From contig CASDUJ010000004.1 of NCBI GenBank assembly GCA_949283935.1, forward strand, positions 7,872 to 71,871: a stretch of DNA of 64,000 nt, read 5' to 3'. The notes beneath the pieces were generated by a model. The model saw only the letters and a list, made by a program, of their open reading frames with translations, made no database searches and had not been told where the DNA came from. Positions 27,619 to 37,282 of this stretch are shown piece after piece. The position numbers were made by a program, and so were the translations under genes. Position 1 is the stretch's first letter. Each line of letters starts with the position of its first letter. The DNA is from an uncultured bacterium (GTDB lineage: Bacteria > Cyanobacteriota > Vampirovibrionia > Gastranaerophilales > JAILCC01).

Positions 27619-28308
27619 TTATATACTTTTACTATTACAATATTGACTAATTTTACATTCGTTACATTTAGGTTTTATGGGTTTGCAAATGTTTTGCCCA
27701 AAAGTTACAAGAATTGTGTTAATCTCCATCCACAAATCTTTTGGTAATTGTTTTCTTAACACTAATTCGGTTTCATCCGGAGTTTTTGTATTTACATAAC
27801 CAATTCGATTGCAAATTCTATGTACGTGTACATCTACACAAATTGCGGGTTTGCCAAATCCTTTTGCCATAGTTAAATTGGCAGTTTTTCTGCCAACTCC
27901 TTTAAATTTACATAATTCTTCTATATCACAAGGAACTTTTCCAGCATATTTTTCAATAATTTCTTGCGACAAAATTTTAATTTGTTTGGCTTTGGTTTTG
28001 TAAAATCCAACAGGATAAATTGCTTGCGCAATTTGCTCTTCAGATATTAAGAGCATATCTTTAGGAGTTTTAGCTAATTCAAATAATCTTAGGGCTGCAG
28101 GATATGTTATTTCGTCTTTTGTTCTTAAACTTAATATGCAAAAAATTAGAACTAAATAAGGATTTTTTAGTTTTTCCATTAAATTAACAAAATCTGATTT
28201 TTTAAGATTTTGTTCGGTTAATATTTTTACTATTTTTCTAATATCTGTTTTCATAATTTTTATTATTAATTGTCCAAAATACACGTTATAAAAGGGATTG
28301 AAGTTCAT
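27619..28308 (-). CDS. nth: Endonuclease III (HhH-GPD DNA glycosylase with a 4Fe-4S cluster)
   Basis: HhH motif [11 protein letters not shown], catalytic VDVHVHR, cluster [17 protein letters not shown] (C-x6-C-x2-C-x5-C). Alignment to family N-termini suggests the ATG at 28254 (MKTDIRK) may be the real start. Confidence 0.85.
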   Translation of the reverse strand: MNFNPFYNVYFGQLIIKIMKTDIRKIVKILTEQNLKKSDFVNLMEKLKNPYLVLIFCILSLRTKDEITYPAALRLFELAKTPKDMLLISEEQIAQAIYPVGFYKTKAKQIKILSQEIIEKYAGKVPCDIEELCKFKGVGRKTANLTMAKGFGKPAICVDVHVHRICNRIGYVNTKTPDETELVLRKQLPKDLWMEINTILVTFGQNICKPIKPKCNECKISQYCNSKSI

Positions 28309-28350
28309 TAAAAAATATGCTATAATTGTAGTAGAAAATTAAAAAGGAGC

Positions 28351-28506
28351 ATGGACATGTCTGCAGTTGCTGAAAAACCAAAAAAAATATTATTAAAGCA
28401 AATTGAGATTATTGCCAGAGACTTCTTTTTGTATTCTATTTGGGTTAACAACATATTTATTAATGTCAAAGATATTATACCAAAAGATGAGGTATTAACG
28501 TCATGA
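28351..28506 (+). CDS. Small ORF (49-51 aa) translationally coupled to the downstream gene
   Basis: AAAAAGGAG RBS at 28341-28349; ATG at 28351 and 28357. Its TGA stop overlaps the next ATG (ATGA at 28503-28506). Too short for the ORF track. Confidence 0.4.
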   Translation: MDMSAVAEKPKKILLKQIEIIARDFFLYSIWVNNIFINVKDIIPKDEVLTS

Positions 28507-29792
28507 TTGAAGCTTTGGTATTACAAGATGAACGTTTTATAGCCAAGCTTCTTGTGACCGGAGCAGCATATTTGATTTTATTGTCTATAGGTCTTAACAA
28601 TTCTATTCATATAAATGCAAAAGAAATTGCTATGAATATAAAAAATACTAATACGCACACAGGCTCTGCCACCAAGGCAGAGCTTTTTTTTGTTGACAAA
28701 AATTTGGAAAAAGATAAATGGAATGCAGATGTGAATAAACGTTATCCCCAAAGTACTGTATTAACTTTAAAAGATGGTATAAAACATATAAAAATGACTA
28801 AATATATAAACAAAAGACCTATTCGGCTTAATATTATTGAAATAAATACAAAAATTAATGAAAATCTTTTTTTAAAACCTGTTATGGCTGCAGATGTTTT
28901 AAATAAAAGGACTTCAATAAAAAATATGGCCCAAAAAGAAAATGCTATAGCGGCAATAAATGGTTCTTATTTTAAACCTCAAACTGGTGTTCCATTAGGT
29001 ACAATGATGGTAGATGGGCAACTATTGACTGGTCCTATTTATAATAGAGTAGCTTTAGGAATCAAGAAAAATGAATTTTTAATGGCAAGATTGGAATTGA
29101 ATGCGAAATTATTAGGAAGTAAGAAAGAACTTAAAATTGACAACATAAATCAACCTAGGATGTTATCCACGTACGTTATAGTTTACAATCGAAAGTGGGG
29201 ACTAAATTCTCCACCTGCGCCAAAGTATGGAGCATCTATAGCTGTACAAAATGGCGAGGTTGTAAATGTTAGTTACGGTTCTGTTTCTATTCCTGAAAAT
29301 GGATATGTTATATCCGGTCCGAAATCGAAATTAGAACCGTTTTTTTATGAAAAAGATTTAATTCTTGATATAAAAACTGGTGATAAAAATTGGGATGATG
29401 TTGAACACATAATAAGTGGCGGACCTTATTTAGTAAAAGAAAATGAAATTTTTGTAGATTTAACTGCTCAAAAATTAAATATGATTGGAGGAAGAAATCC
29501 CAGAACTGCTATTGGTTATACAAATGATGGAAAATTTATAATGGTTACAGTTGACGGAAGAGAGCAAAATTCTATTGGAATGACACTTATGGAGCTTGCT
29601 TATTTTATGAAAAGTATTGGTTGTTACAATGCTATGAATTTAGATGGCGGAGGTTCAAGTGTTATGTATTTCAATGGAAATACAGTTAATAATCCTGCAC
29701 AAAAAGGAGGTATTCCTTTAAGTAATGCTTTAGTAATTTATGAAAATAAACCTTTGGAAATGTATGCAAAGTCTGAGATGACTGGAAGTTAG
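28503..29792 (+). CDS. Phosphodiester glycosidase family protein (DUF2233 / NAGPA-like)
   Basis: AINGSYF, GGPYLV, RTAIGYTNDGKFIMVTVDGR and AMNLDGGGSS motifs; N-terminal TM anchor. Confidence 0.75.
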   Translation: MIEALVLQDERFIAKLLVTGAAYLILLSIGLNNSIHINAKEIAMNIKNTNTHTGSATKAELFFVDKNLEKDKWNADVNKRYPQSTVLTLKDGIKHIKMTKYINKRPIRLNIIEINTKINENLFLKPVMAADVLNKRTSIKNMAQKENAIAAINGSYFKPQTGVPLGTMMVDGQLLTGPIYNRVALGIKKNEFLMARLELNAKLLGSKKELKIDNINQPRMLSTYVIVYNRKWGLNSPPAPKYGASIAVQNGEVVNVSYGSVSIPENGYVISGPKSKLEPFFYEKDLILDIKTGDKNWDDVEHIISGGPYLVKENEIFVDLTAQKLNMIGGRNPRTAIGYTNDGKFIMVTVDGREQNSIGMTLMELAYFMKSIGCYNAMNLDGGGSSVMYFNGNTVNNPAQKGGIPLSNALVIYENKPLEMYAKSEMTGS

Positions 29793-29831
29793 TAAATTTG
29801 TAAAGAATTGTAAAATATTTTTCACAAAAAC

Positions 29832-29858
29832 TAAAGTTTAATCAAATTTTGCCGATAT
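29832..29858 (+). promoter_or_regulatory. Sigma-28 (FliA/SigD)-type promoter
   Basis: TAAAGTTT (29832-29839), 11-nt spacer, GCCGATAT (29851-29858). This matches the enterobacterial TAAAGTTT-N11-GCCGATAA and the Bacillus TAAA-N15-GCCGATAT consensus. It lies 55 nt upstream of the GTG at 29913. Confidence 0.65.
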
Positions 29859-29912
29859 GGTAAGTAGGCATTGAATGCTTGTTTTTGATGTAAAAATCTA
29901 AGGAGAGATATA

Positions 29913-30410
29913 GTGGCTGGCGTAAGTGCAGTTAGTATGGTTAATTATATGTATTCACTTAAGTCATCTTATTCGCAAAATAATGATGAACTTACTGCTG
30001 CTACTCGTGCTAAACTTTCTGCGCTTGGTGTAGATACTAAATACATAAAAACCGAAGCTGAAGGCCAAATTAAATTAAAAGAAGCTCAAATAGAAAGATT
30101 TTCTAATTCTTCTGAAGAAAGTCAAAATAATTCCACTGATGATGTATTGGAAGAAGCTAAAGAATTAGCTGCAAAACTTGATGTTTATATTGCATCGACC
30201 GATACAATTGATGATATTATAGATAAACTTACTGCCAAAATTGAACAAATGAAAGAAGATGCGGGAGAAGATTTCGATAAATTAGCAGATGTTAATTATT
30301 ATGAAAGAGAATTGGCTATGATTGAGAAATCCAATATGTCTCAGTTAGAACTAAGTGCTTCAATGAATTTAACTGCTAATTTGAATATTGCTTTTCATGG
30401 ATTATATTGA
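29913..30410 (+). CDS. Hypothetical acidic helical protein (165 aa), probable sigma-28 regulon member
   Basis: GTG start with a TAAGGAGAG RBS at 7-nt spacing; no family motif recognised. Confidence 0.5.
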   Translation: MAGVSAVSMVNYMYSLKSSYSQNNDELTAATRAKLSALGVDTKYIKTEAEGQIKLKEAQIERFSNSSEESQNNSTDDVLEEAKELAAKLDVYIASTDTIDDIIDKLTAKIEQMKEDAGEDFDKLADVNYYERELAMIEKSNMSQLELSASMNLTANLNIAFHGLY

Positions 30411-30484
30411 TTGAGTCAAATTAGCTATTTTGTAAACTTCTTTTTTGGGGTAGAATTGTTTTGCTATTTTGAAAAGGATTTGTA

Positions 30485-31303
30485 ATGTTTGTTGATATTC
30501 TCAAAGAAGCCTTGGCTTTGTTAAGAAAAAATTTAAATTTGGCTCAATTAGTTTTTATATTTTTTATTGTTATAACTTTATTTGCGCCAACAATTATTGG
30601 GGTCAAATTAAATATTAAAATTTTGCCGGTTCTTTTAACTTGGTATGCTTTTCTGTGCGCTTTTTTTGCGGGGTTATTTTTTGCTTTTAAAAAATCTATT
30701 GATTATGAAACAAATCCTCCCAAAAATGAAAATAGTTATGGGTTATCTCCTTTGTATTTTTCTGAATTTTTTCAAGGTGTAGGATTATTTGTAAAAAAAT
30801 TTTTGCTTGCGGGTATACTAGTTTTATTTTTGCTTTTTGCTTTTGGATTGGCTTATGATTATTTTGTAAGTCATTATGTCGTTATTCCTGAAATAATTTC
30901 TAAAGTAAATAAAATGGACATTTTTCTGAATGATTCAAAAATGTTGGAATTCATTAATACACTTTCTTATGATGATCGTTTGAAAATTGCTAAATTGAGT
31001 CTTTTGACTTTTTTTGTTGTTTCTGTTTATGGTTATTTAACTATGCTTTATCCTGTAGTTTTAGTTAATCAAGAAAAAGATTTTTTTAATTCATTTTTTG
31101 TTTCAATAAAATGTTTGGCAAAAAATTTACCGGTGAGTGTATTTATTTTCTTATTTTTTAATGTAGCTATTTCTTTGGCAGCATTTATTAGTGCCACTGC
31201 AGTTAATAATATTTTTGTTTCAGTTATTGCTATATTGATTCAATGTTATTTAAATGTTTGGTATATATTATCACTTTTTGTTTATTATGAAAAAATCAAA
31301 TGA
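30485..31303 (+). CDS. Hypothetical polytopic membrane protein (272 aa)
   Basis: At least 6 hydrophobic segments; AAAGGA RBS. Confidence 0.55.
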   Translation: MFVDILKEALALLRKNLNLAQLVFIFFIVITLFAPTIIGVKLNIKILPVLLTWYAFLCAFFAGLFFAFKKSIDYETNPPKNENSYGLSPLYFSEFFQGVGLFVKKFLLAGILVLFLLFAFGLAYDYFVSHYVVIPEIISKVNKMDIFLNDSKMLEFINTLSYDDRLKIAKLSLLTFFVVSVYGYLTMLYPVVLVNQEKDFFNSFFVSIKCLAKNLPVSVFIFLFFNVAISLAAFISATAVNNIFVSVIAILIQCYLNVWYILSLFVYYEKIK

Positions 31304-32219
31304 TGTTATAGCAATTATAGGACCTACTGCAACAGGTAAAAGTGATTTTGCCATAAAGTTGGCATTAGAACTTGGTACGGAAATTATTTCTGCTGATTCT
31401 AGACTTGTTTACAAAGATTTTAATATAGGAACTGCTAAACCTTCTTTTGATGATTTAAAAAAAGTAAAACATTATTGCATAGATATTGTTTCTCCTATTG
31501 AAGATTTTAGTGTAAGTGATTTTAAGCAATTTGCAAATGTTGCAATGAGTAAAATTTTTGAAGACAACAAATTACCAATTGTTGTTGGGGGAACAGGTTT
31601 TTATATCAAAAGTTTGCTAGAGGGATTAGATATTCCAAAAGTAGAAGCTGATGAAGAATTTAGAAAAAAAATGAAATCTATAGCGCAAAGCAAAGGCAAT
31701 GAATATTTATTTGAAATTTTACGCAAAAAAGATCCTGTAATTGCAGAAAAACTTCATTTTAATGATGTTTTTAGAGTCATCAGGGCTTTAGAAGTTATGG
31801 AAAAACTAAAGATTCCTATGTCTAATGCCCAAAAAATTGTTAAACCTAATTTTAATGTAATTTATATTTTTTTGGATACAGCCGATAGAAGTTATTTGTA
31901 TGAAAGGATCAACAAAAGAGTTGATTTAATGTTAGAACTAGGTTTAGTTGATGAAGTTAAAAATCTTATAGAAAAATATGGAAAAACACTTTCATTATTA
32001 AAAACTTTGGGTTATAAAGAAGTATGTGGTTATTTGGATAAAGAATTTTCTTTTAATGAAATGAAAGAACTTATCCAAAAGAATACAAGAAATTTTGCTA
32101 AGAGACAATTAACTTGGTTTCGTTCTGTTGATAAGGCAAATGTTTTTTGTATAGATAAGTTAACTCAAGACGAAATTTTTTATAAGGTAAAAGAAAAATG
32201 TTTAAGTACGATATTATAG
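31287..32219 (+). CDS. miaA: tRNA dimethylallyltransferase
   Basis: P-loop IIGPTATGKS, ISADSRLVYKDFNIGTAKP, RNFAKRQLTWF. The probable start is MKKSNDV at 31287; the track start at 31254 overlaps the upstream gene. Confidence 0.9.
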   Translation: MKKSNDVIAIIGPTATGKSDFAIKLALELGTEIISADSRLVYKDFNIGTAKPSFDDLKKVKHYCIDIVSPIEDFSVSDFKQFANVAMSKIFEDNKLPIVVGGTGFYIKSLLEGLDIPKVEADEEFRKKMKSIAQSKGNEYLFEILRKKDPVIAEKLHFNDVFRVIRALEVMEKLKIPMSNAQKIVKPNFNVIYIFLDTADRSYLYERINKRVDLMLELGLVDEVKNLIEKYGKTLSLLKTLGYKEVCGYLDKEFSFNEMKELIQKNTRNFAKRQLTWFRSVDKANVFCIDKLTQDEIFYKVKEKCLSTIL

Positions 32220-34072
32220 TTGTAGGGGCAGGTCATGCAGGGATTGAGGCTTCAGTAGCTGCAGCGAAACTTGGTTGCAAAGTCCTTTTGGCAACTATTA
32301 ATATTGATAATATTGCTTTAATGCCTTGTAATCCTGCTATAGGAGGTCCTTCTAAATCAAATATTGTTAGAGAAATAGATGCTTTAGGCGGAGTTATGGG
32401 TATTGCTGCTGATGCGACTTATATGCAAATGAAAACTCTTAATATGACAAAAGGACCTGCAATTAGGGCATTAAGAGCACAATCTGATAAAAAAGAATAC
32501 ATGGCATTTATGAGAAATCTTTTAGAAAGTTACGAAAATATAGATTTAAAACAATGTTGTGTTACTACTTTAATTGTTGAAAAAAATATTGTTAAGGGTA
32601 TAACTGATGAACTAGGACAAATTTATGAGGCTCCTTGCGTAATTTTAACTACCGGAACTTCTTTGGAGGGTAGAATATATATCGGGCTAAATAGTTTTAG
32701 AGCTGGAAGGCTTGGAGAATTTCCTGCTATAGGACTTTCTGATTCTTTAAAATCTCTTGGATTAAACATAGGAAAACTTAAAACAGGTACACCTGCAAGG
32801 GTTGATGGTAGAACAATAAATTTTGATGTTTTAGAAAAACATTATGGAGATAAAGAACTAAGCTTTTTTTCTTTTGAACCCAATAGACCTATCAGGGAGC
32901 AATATCCCTGTCATTTAACAAGGACGACCTCAAAAACTCATGAAATTATTTTGGCAAATCTTGATAAATCTCCAATGTTTGCTGGGCTAATACACGGAAG
33001 AGGTCCTAGATATTGTCCTTCTATTGAAGACAAAGTAGTTAGATTTAAAGATAAAGAATCGCATCATATTTTTATTGAGCCTGAAGGTAAAAGTACTTAT
33101 GAAACATACGTACAAGGATTTTCTACAAGTTTACCTGCAAATGTTCAAATTCAAATGCTACAATCTTTGCCTGGATTGGAAAAAGTTAAGGTAATAAAGC
33201 CTGCTTATGCAGTAGAATATGACTATGTTCCGGCAATACAATTAGAACATTCTTTGATGACAAAAAGAATTAAAGGTTTATTTTGCGCAGGTCAAATTAA
33301 TGGAACAAGTGGCTATGAAGAAGCTGCAGGACAGGGCTTAATTGCTGGTATCAATGCTGTTTTGTATTTACAATCAAAAGATATGTTAAATCTTTCCAGA
33401 AACAGTTCTTATATAGGCACATTAATTGATGATTTAGTAACCAAAGAAATGGATGAGCCTTACAGAATGCTTCCATCAAGATCTGAATATAGATTAATTT
33501 TGCGTCAAGATAATGCTGATGCACGACTTACGGAATTAGGTTATCGTATAGGTTTAATTTCTAATGAAAGATATGAACGTTTTGTTTCCAAAATGAATTC
33601 CATTGAAGAAGAAAAAATTAGATGCTCTAATGAAAAAATCTCTCCTTCAGAGGAAAATAACGCTAAATTAAAAAAATATGGTTTAACTTTGGAGCGTGGA
33701 TATAAAATTTCGGAATTATTGAAACGTCCCGATTTTACATATGAGATCCTAAAAGAAGTTGATGATAGAACTCATAATTTATGTTTGCCAAAAGAAGTAA
33801 CGGAGCAAGTTGAGATTCAAATTAAATATGAAGGATATATTGTTCGCCAAAATGCTCAAGTTGAACAAGCTTCGAAACTTGATAATATTAAATTTCCTGT
33901 CGGAATTAATTTTATGAAAATTGATCATATATCTTCTGAAACAAAAGAAAAATTAACAAAGATTAATCCAAAGACTCTTGGGCAGGCTGCAAGAATTGGC
34001 GGAATAAAGCCTGCTGATATTTCTGTTTTATTAGTTTTAGCAGAAACTAATAGGCTGAAAACTTCTTGTTGA
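32198..34072 (+). CDS. mnmG: tRNA uridine 5-carboxymethylaminomethyl modification enzyme
   Basis: FAD motif DIIVVGAGHAGIEA, GPRYCPSIEDK, QINGTSGYEEAAGQG. Confidence 0.92.
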   Translation: MFKYDIIVVGAGHAGIEASVAAAKLGCKVLLATINIDNIALMPCNPAIGGPSKSNIVREIDALGGVMGIAADATYMQMKTLNMTKGPAIRALRAQSDKKEYMAFMRNLLESYENIDLKQCCVTTLIVEKNIVKGITDELGQIYEAPCVILTTGTSLEGRIYIGLNSFRAGRLGEFPAIGLSDSLKSLGLNIGKLKTGTPARVDGRTINFDVLEKHYGDKELSFFSFEPNRPIREQYPCHLTRTTSKTHEIILANLDKSPMFAGLIHGRGPRYCPSIEDKVVRFKDKESHHIFIEPEGKSTYETYVQGFSTSLPANVQIQMLQSLPGLEKVKVIKPAYAVEYDYVPAIQLEHSLMTKRIKGLFCAGQINGTSGYEEAAGQGLIAGINAVLYLQSKDMLNLSRNSSYIGTLIDDLVTKEMDEPYRMLPSRSEYRLILRQDNADARLTELGYRIGLISNERYERFVSKMNSIEEEKIRCSNEKISPSEENNAKLKKYGLTLERGYKISELLKRPDFTYEILKEVDDRTHNLCLPKEVTEQVEIQIKYEGYIVRQNAQVEQASKLDNIKFPVGINFMKIDHISSETKEKLTKINPKTLGQAARIGGIKPADISVLLVLAETNRLKTSC

Positions 34073-34140
34073 GATTTAAATTTTATTTTTGTTTTGTTAG
34101 TATTGTATGAGGAAATCCTTTTTTAATGTAAAATTATTTT

Positions 34141-35172
34141 ATGGAAAAATTTGTTTTAAGTTCAAAAACTTTAGCTGAATTGGAAAATATTGTTAGTGAA
34201 TTAGGTGAACCTAAATTTCGTGCTAAGCAATTACATAGTTGGATTTATACGAAATTTGCTTCTGATTTTGAGGCGATGACTGATATCTCCAAAAAATTTA
34301 GAGAAAATTTAAAACAAAATACTCTCATTACTGACATAAAAATAAAACAAAGACAAATAAGTTCGGATAAAACTATAAAATATTTGCTGGAATATGTCGA
34401 TGGAAATATGGCAGAATGTGTTTTGATGCGTTTTGATAATCGTCCCAATCTTACTGCTTGTGTAAGTTCGCAGATAGGATGTCCTGTAGGGTGTGTTTTT
34501 TGTGCAACTGGTAAATCTGGATTTGTTCGTAATTTAACTTCAAGAGAAATTGTTGAACAAATAATGATTATGCAAAGAGACACAGGTCTTAGGGTTTCCA
34601 ATGTTGTTTTTATGGGGCAAGGTGAGCCTTTATTGAATCTTGATAATGTATTGGAAGCAATTAATTTAATAAATTCGGAAGTAGGTATAGGAATAAGACG
34701 TATTACTGTTTCGACAAGTGGTATTATTCCTGCTCTAAAAAGACTTAGAGATATTAATTTTCAAGCTACAGTAGCTTTATCATTACATGCTCCTAATCAT
34801 CAAATTAGGGAGAAAATTATGCCAATAGAAAAAAAATATAATATAAATGATGTAATATCAGCCTTAAAAGATTTGGTTAATGCAACAGGAAGACGTGTAA
34901 CAATTGAATATACTATAATCAAAAATGTAAATGATTCATTAGAACAAGCAAAAGAAATAGTAAATCTTCTAAAAGGATTGCATTGTAATATAAATATTAT
35001 TCCATACAATAATGCTTGTAATGCTGAATTTGAGAAGCCTTCAGAAGAACATATAAATAAATTTAAATTTATTTTAGAACGTTCGAGCCACAAAGTTACT
35101 GTGAGATTAGAACGTGGGAGTGATATTGATGCTGCGTGCGGACAATTAAGCGGGAAAATAAAAAATGTTTGA
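34141..35172 (+). CDS. rlmN: Dual-specificity 23S rRNA/tRNA m2A methyltransferase (radical SAM)
   Basis: FRAKQLHSWIY, radical SAM cluster GCPVGCVFCATG, and the C-terminal AACGQL catalytic Cys. Confidence 0.9.
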   Translation: MEKFVLSSKTLAELENIVSELGEPKFRAKQLHSWIYTKFASDFEAMTDISKKFRENLKQNTLITDIKIKQRQISSDKTIKYLLEYVDGNMAECVLMRFDNRPNLTACVSSQIGCPVGCVFCATGKSGFVRNLTSREIVEQIMIMQRDTGLRVSNVVFMGQGEPLLNLDNVLEAINLINSEVGIGIRRITVSTSGIIPALKRLRDINFQATVALSLHAPNHQIREKIMPIEKKYNINDVISALKDLVNATGRRVTIEYTIIKNVNDSLEQAKEIVNLLKGLHCNINIIPYNNACNAEFEKPSEEHINKFKFILERSSHKVTVRLERGSDIDAACGQLSGKIKNV

Positions 35173-35968
35173 AATATCAGATTTAAAATATGAAAAATTT
35201 GCTTTGAAAATTTTTACTTCTAATATTTTTGATGAGTCTCTTGTGCATTTGTTTTCTACTAGAGTAGGCGGAGATACTCCTGCTCCTTTGCAAGAATTTA
35301 CTTTAAGCGCAAAAGATTACTTTGAATATGATAAATTTGCTAAAAAGAATCTTGAAATTCTTTGCAAAATAATTAAAGCTGATTTTAAAAAACTTATTTC
35401 TCCTAATCAACAACATACAGATAATATTGCTATTTTAAAAAAAGAAGAAGATATTATTAATATAAAAGACAAGCCTGTTGATGGAATTGTGACTGATTTA
35501 AAAAATTATCCTATATGTTTAGTATTTGCTGATTGTGTTCCTATTTTACTTTTTGATGCAAATAAAAAAGTTATGGGAATAGTTCATGCAGGTTGGAAAG
35601 GGACCGCAAAAGCTATTGTGGCAAAAACTGTGAAAGCTATGGTTTCTGAATTTTTTTGTGAACCAAAGAACATAAAAGCTGCAATAGGAGCAGCTATTTG
35701 TAAAAAATGTTTTGAAGTGAATCCTGATGTATCTAACCAGTTGGGTGTATCCATAAAAAATGCTTGTGGTAACATATTTTTAGAAAAAGGAGACAAAGTT
35801 CATGTTGATTTAAAATTGTTGAATAAAATTCAGCTTAACGAAGTTGGCGTGAATAATGTTGATGTTTGCGAATATTGTACCTGTTGTGATAATAAGCTTT
35901 TTTATTCCTACAGGGCGGATAATAAAATTACTGGTAGACACGGTATGTTAGCAATGATTAAGGAGTAG
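35165..35968 (+). CDS. pgeF: YfiH/PgeF laccase-domain protein (purine nucleoside phosphorylase / peptidoglycan editing factor family)
   Basis: QQHTDNI, ADCVPILLFD, HAGWKGT and the C-terminal Cys/His pattern of DUF152. Confidence 0.8.
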   Translation: MFEISDLKYEKFALKIFTSNIFDESLVHLFSTRVGGDTPAPLQEFTLSAKDYFEYDKFAKKNLEILCKIIKADFKKLISPNQQHTDNIAILKKEEDIINIKDKPVDGIVTDLKNYPICLVFADCVPILLFDANKKVMGIVHAGWKGTAKAIVAKTVKAMVSEFFCEPKNIKAAIGAAICKKCFEVNPDVSNQLGVSIKNACGNIFLEKGDKVHVDLKLLNKIQLNEVGVNNVDVCEYCTCCDNKLFYSYRADNKITGRHGMLAMIKE

Positions 35969-35971
35969 TTA

Positions 35972-37273
35972 ATGTTAGTTCAGGATAAAAATGCCCAAAT
36001 TACATCTGTAATGAATAAGATTTTTACTTATTTAAATTCCAATTTAAATTTAAAAAAAGATTTGGATGATTACTACAAAGCTACTGGTATATCTAAAGAT
36101 AACAAAAAAGTCTTGAATAATTACACAATTAACTATATTTTTGAGAGAAGGTTAGGAAAAGCTAAGAAAACTATTTTTGATTTTGCACTTTCAGATATGC
36201 ACGATATTACAGATACAGAAAGGGAAATTATAAATTCTTTGAAAAATTCTGTTGATGGCATATTTGAAGTAAGAAAAATTACTAAAGACAAATTTGAACT
36301 TTTTAATTTGACTAATGAAAAAATATATTATGTTATGCCCATGGCTAAAATGTTAAAGTTTAGAAACTTAAGTGTAGGGCATTTTTTGATGGCAAGAATT
36401 ATATATATTGAAAATAACTACTACCTATATCATGTTGTTGACCATATAACTTACACAAATCGTTTATTGGCTTTTCAAATTGCTGTTTCAAGGTTAGCGC
36501 AAAATCCTTCATTATTTTATTATGATAATAATGAAAAATTTGAAGAATTAAAAGAAAGTTCGGCGAATTTGTTTGCTAAATTTACAGAAATGTTTAAATC
36601 TCAATATGTAAATACCTCAAACAAAAAAGTAGATTCTTTAATAGAATTATTAAATGAATATATAGAAACAAATAAAAAACCAACAAAAAGTAAAATAGAG
36701 AAATTTATTGTTCCTTGCGAAAAATCTTCATATTTTGACATTGGAGAACTAAGAGGTGGCTCTAATCTTTTTGCTGAAGCCAAAAGAGGTTTTTCAGGAC
36801 AAAATAAAGAATACAATGTAGCACTTATTGCTGATTCGACTTCTGGACTTCATGTTATTCCATTTATGGATGTCTTTTTGAATATCTTCGAAGAAGAATA
36901 TAAAAACATCAATAATTACAAAGTTTGTATGAAAAAATTTGTTACAGACAAACAAATTCCTCCTTTAGTTTTACAAATTGCTAATGAAAAATATCCGGAT
37001 AAATTTTTATTACGAATTAATGAAATTTTAGAAACAAATTTTTCTTCTATAGATGAAATTATTCATAAATACAAATCATTTTATATTGAGAATCCATACA
37101 CTTCATCAACACTTACTTTATATTCATCTTACGCATTTAAAAAGTTGCTTGCAGCAATTGATGAAAAAGATGAGAACCCCAAAAATAATATAAAAGTGGG
37201 CAGAAATGATCCTTGCCCTTGCGGAAGTGGTTTAAAATACAAAAAATGTTGCGGAATGGCAGTTCAAATTTAA
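35972..37273 (+). CDS. SEC-C metal-binding motif protein with an unknown N-terminal domain
   Basis: C-terminal [19 protein letters not shown]. The RBS AAGGAG lies inside the end of pgeF. Confidence 0.7.
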   Translation: MLVQDKNAQITSVMNKIFTYLNSNLNLKKDLDDYYKATGISKDNKKVLNNYTINYIFERRLGKAKKTIFDFALSDMHDITDTEREIINSLKNSVDGIFEVRKITKDKFELFNLTNEKIYYVMPMAKMLKFRNLSVGHFLMARIIYIENNYYLYHVVDHITYTNRLLAFQIAVSRLAQNPSLFYYDNNEKFEELKESSANLFAKFTEMFKSQYVNTSNKKVDSLIELLNEYIETNKKPTKSKIEKFIVPCEKSSYFDIGELRGGSNLFAEAKRGFSGQNKEYNVALIADSTSGLHVIPFMDVFLNIFEEEYKNINNYKVCMKKFVTDKQIPPLVLQIANEKYPDKFLLRINEILETNFSSIDEIIHKYKSFYIENPYTSSTLTLYSSYAFKKLLAAIDEKDENPKNNIKVGRNDPCPCGSGLKYKKCCGMAVQI

Positions 37274-37282
37274 GGAGAAAAA

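Noticed and set aside
29913-30410. Calling the sigma-28-driven 165-aa protein a flagellin, FlgM, FliS or FlgN
   Set aside because: It lacks the conserved flagellin N- and C-terminal helices, and it lacks the FlgM C-terminal sigma-28-binding pattern. Its length and composition do not clearly fit the chaperones, so I left it as hypothetical.
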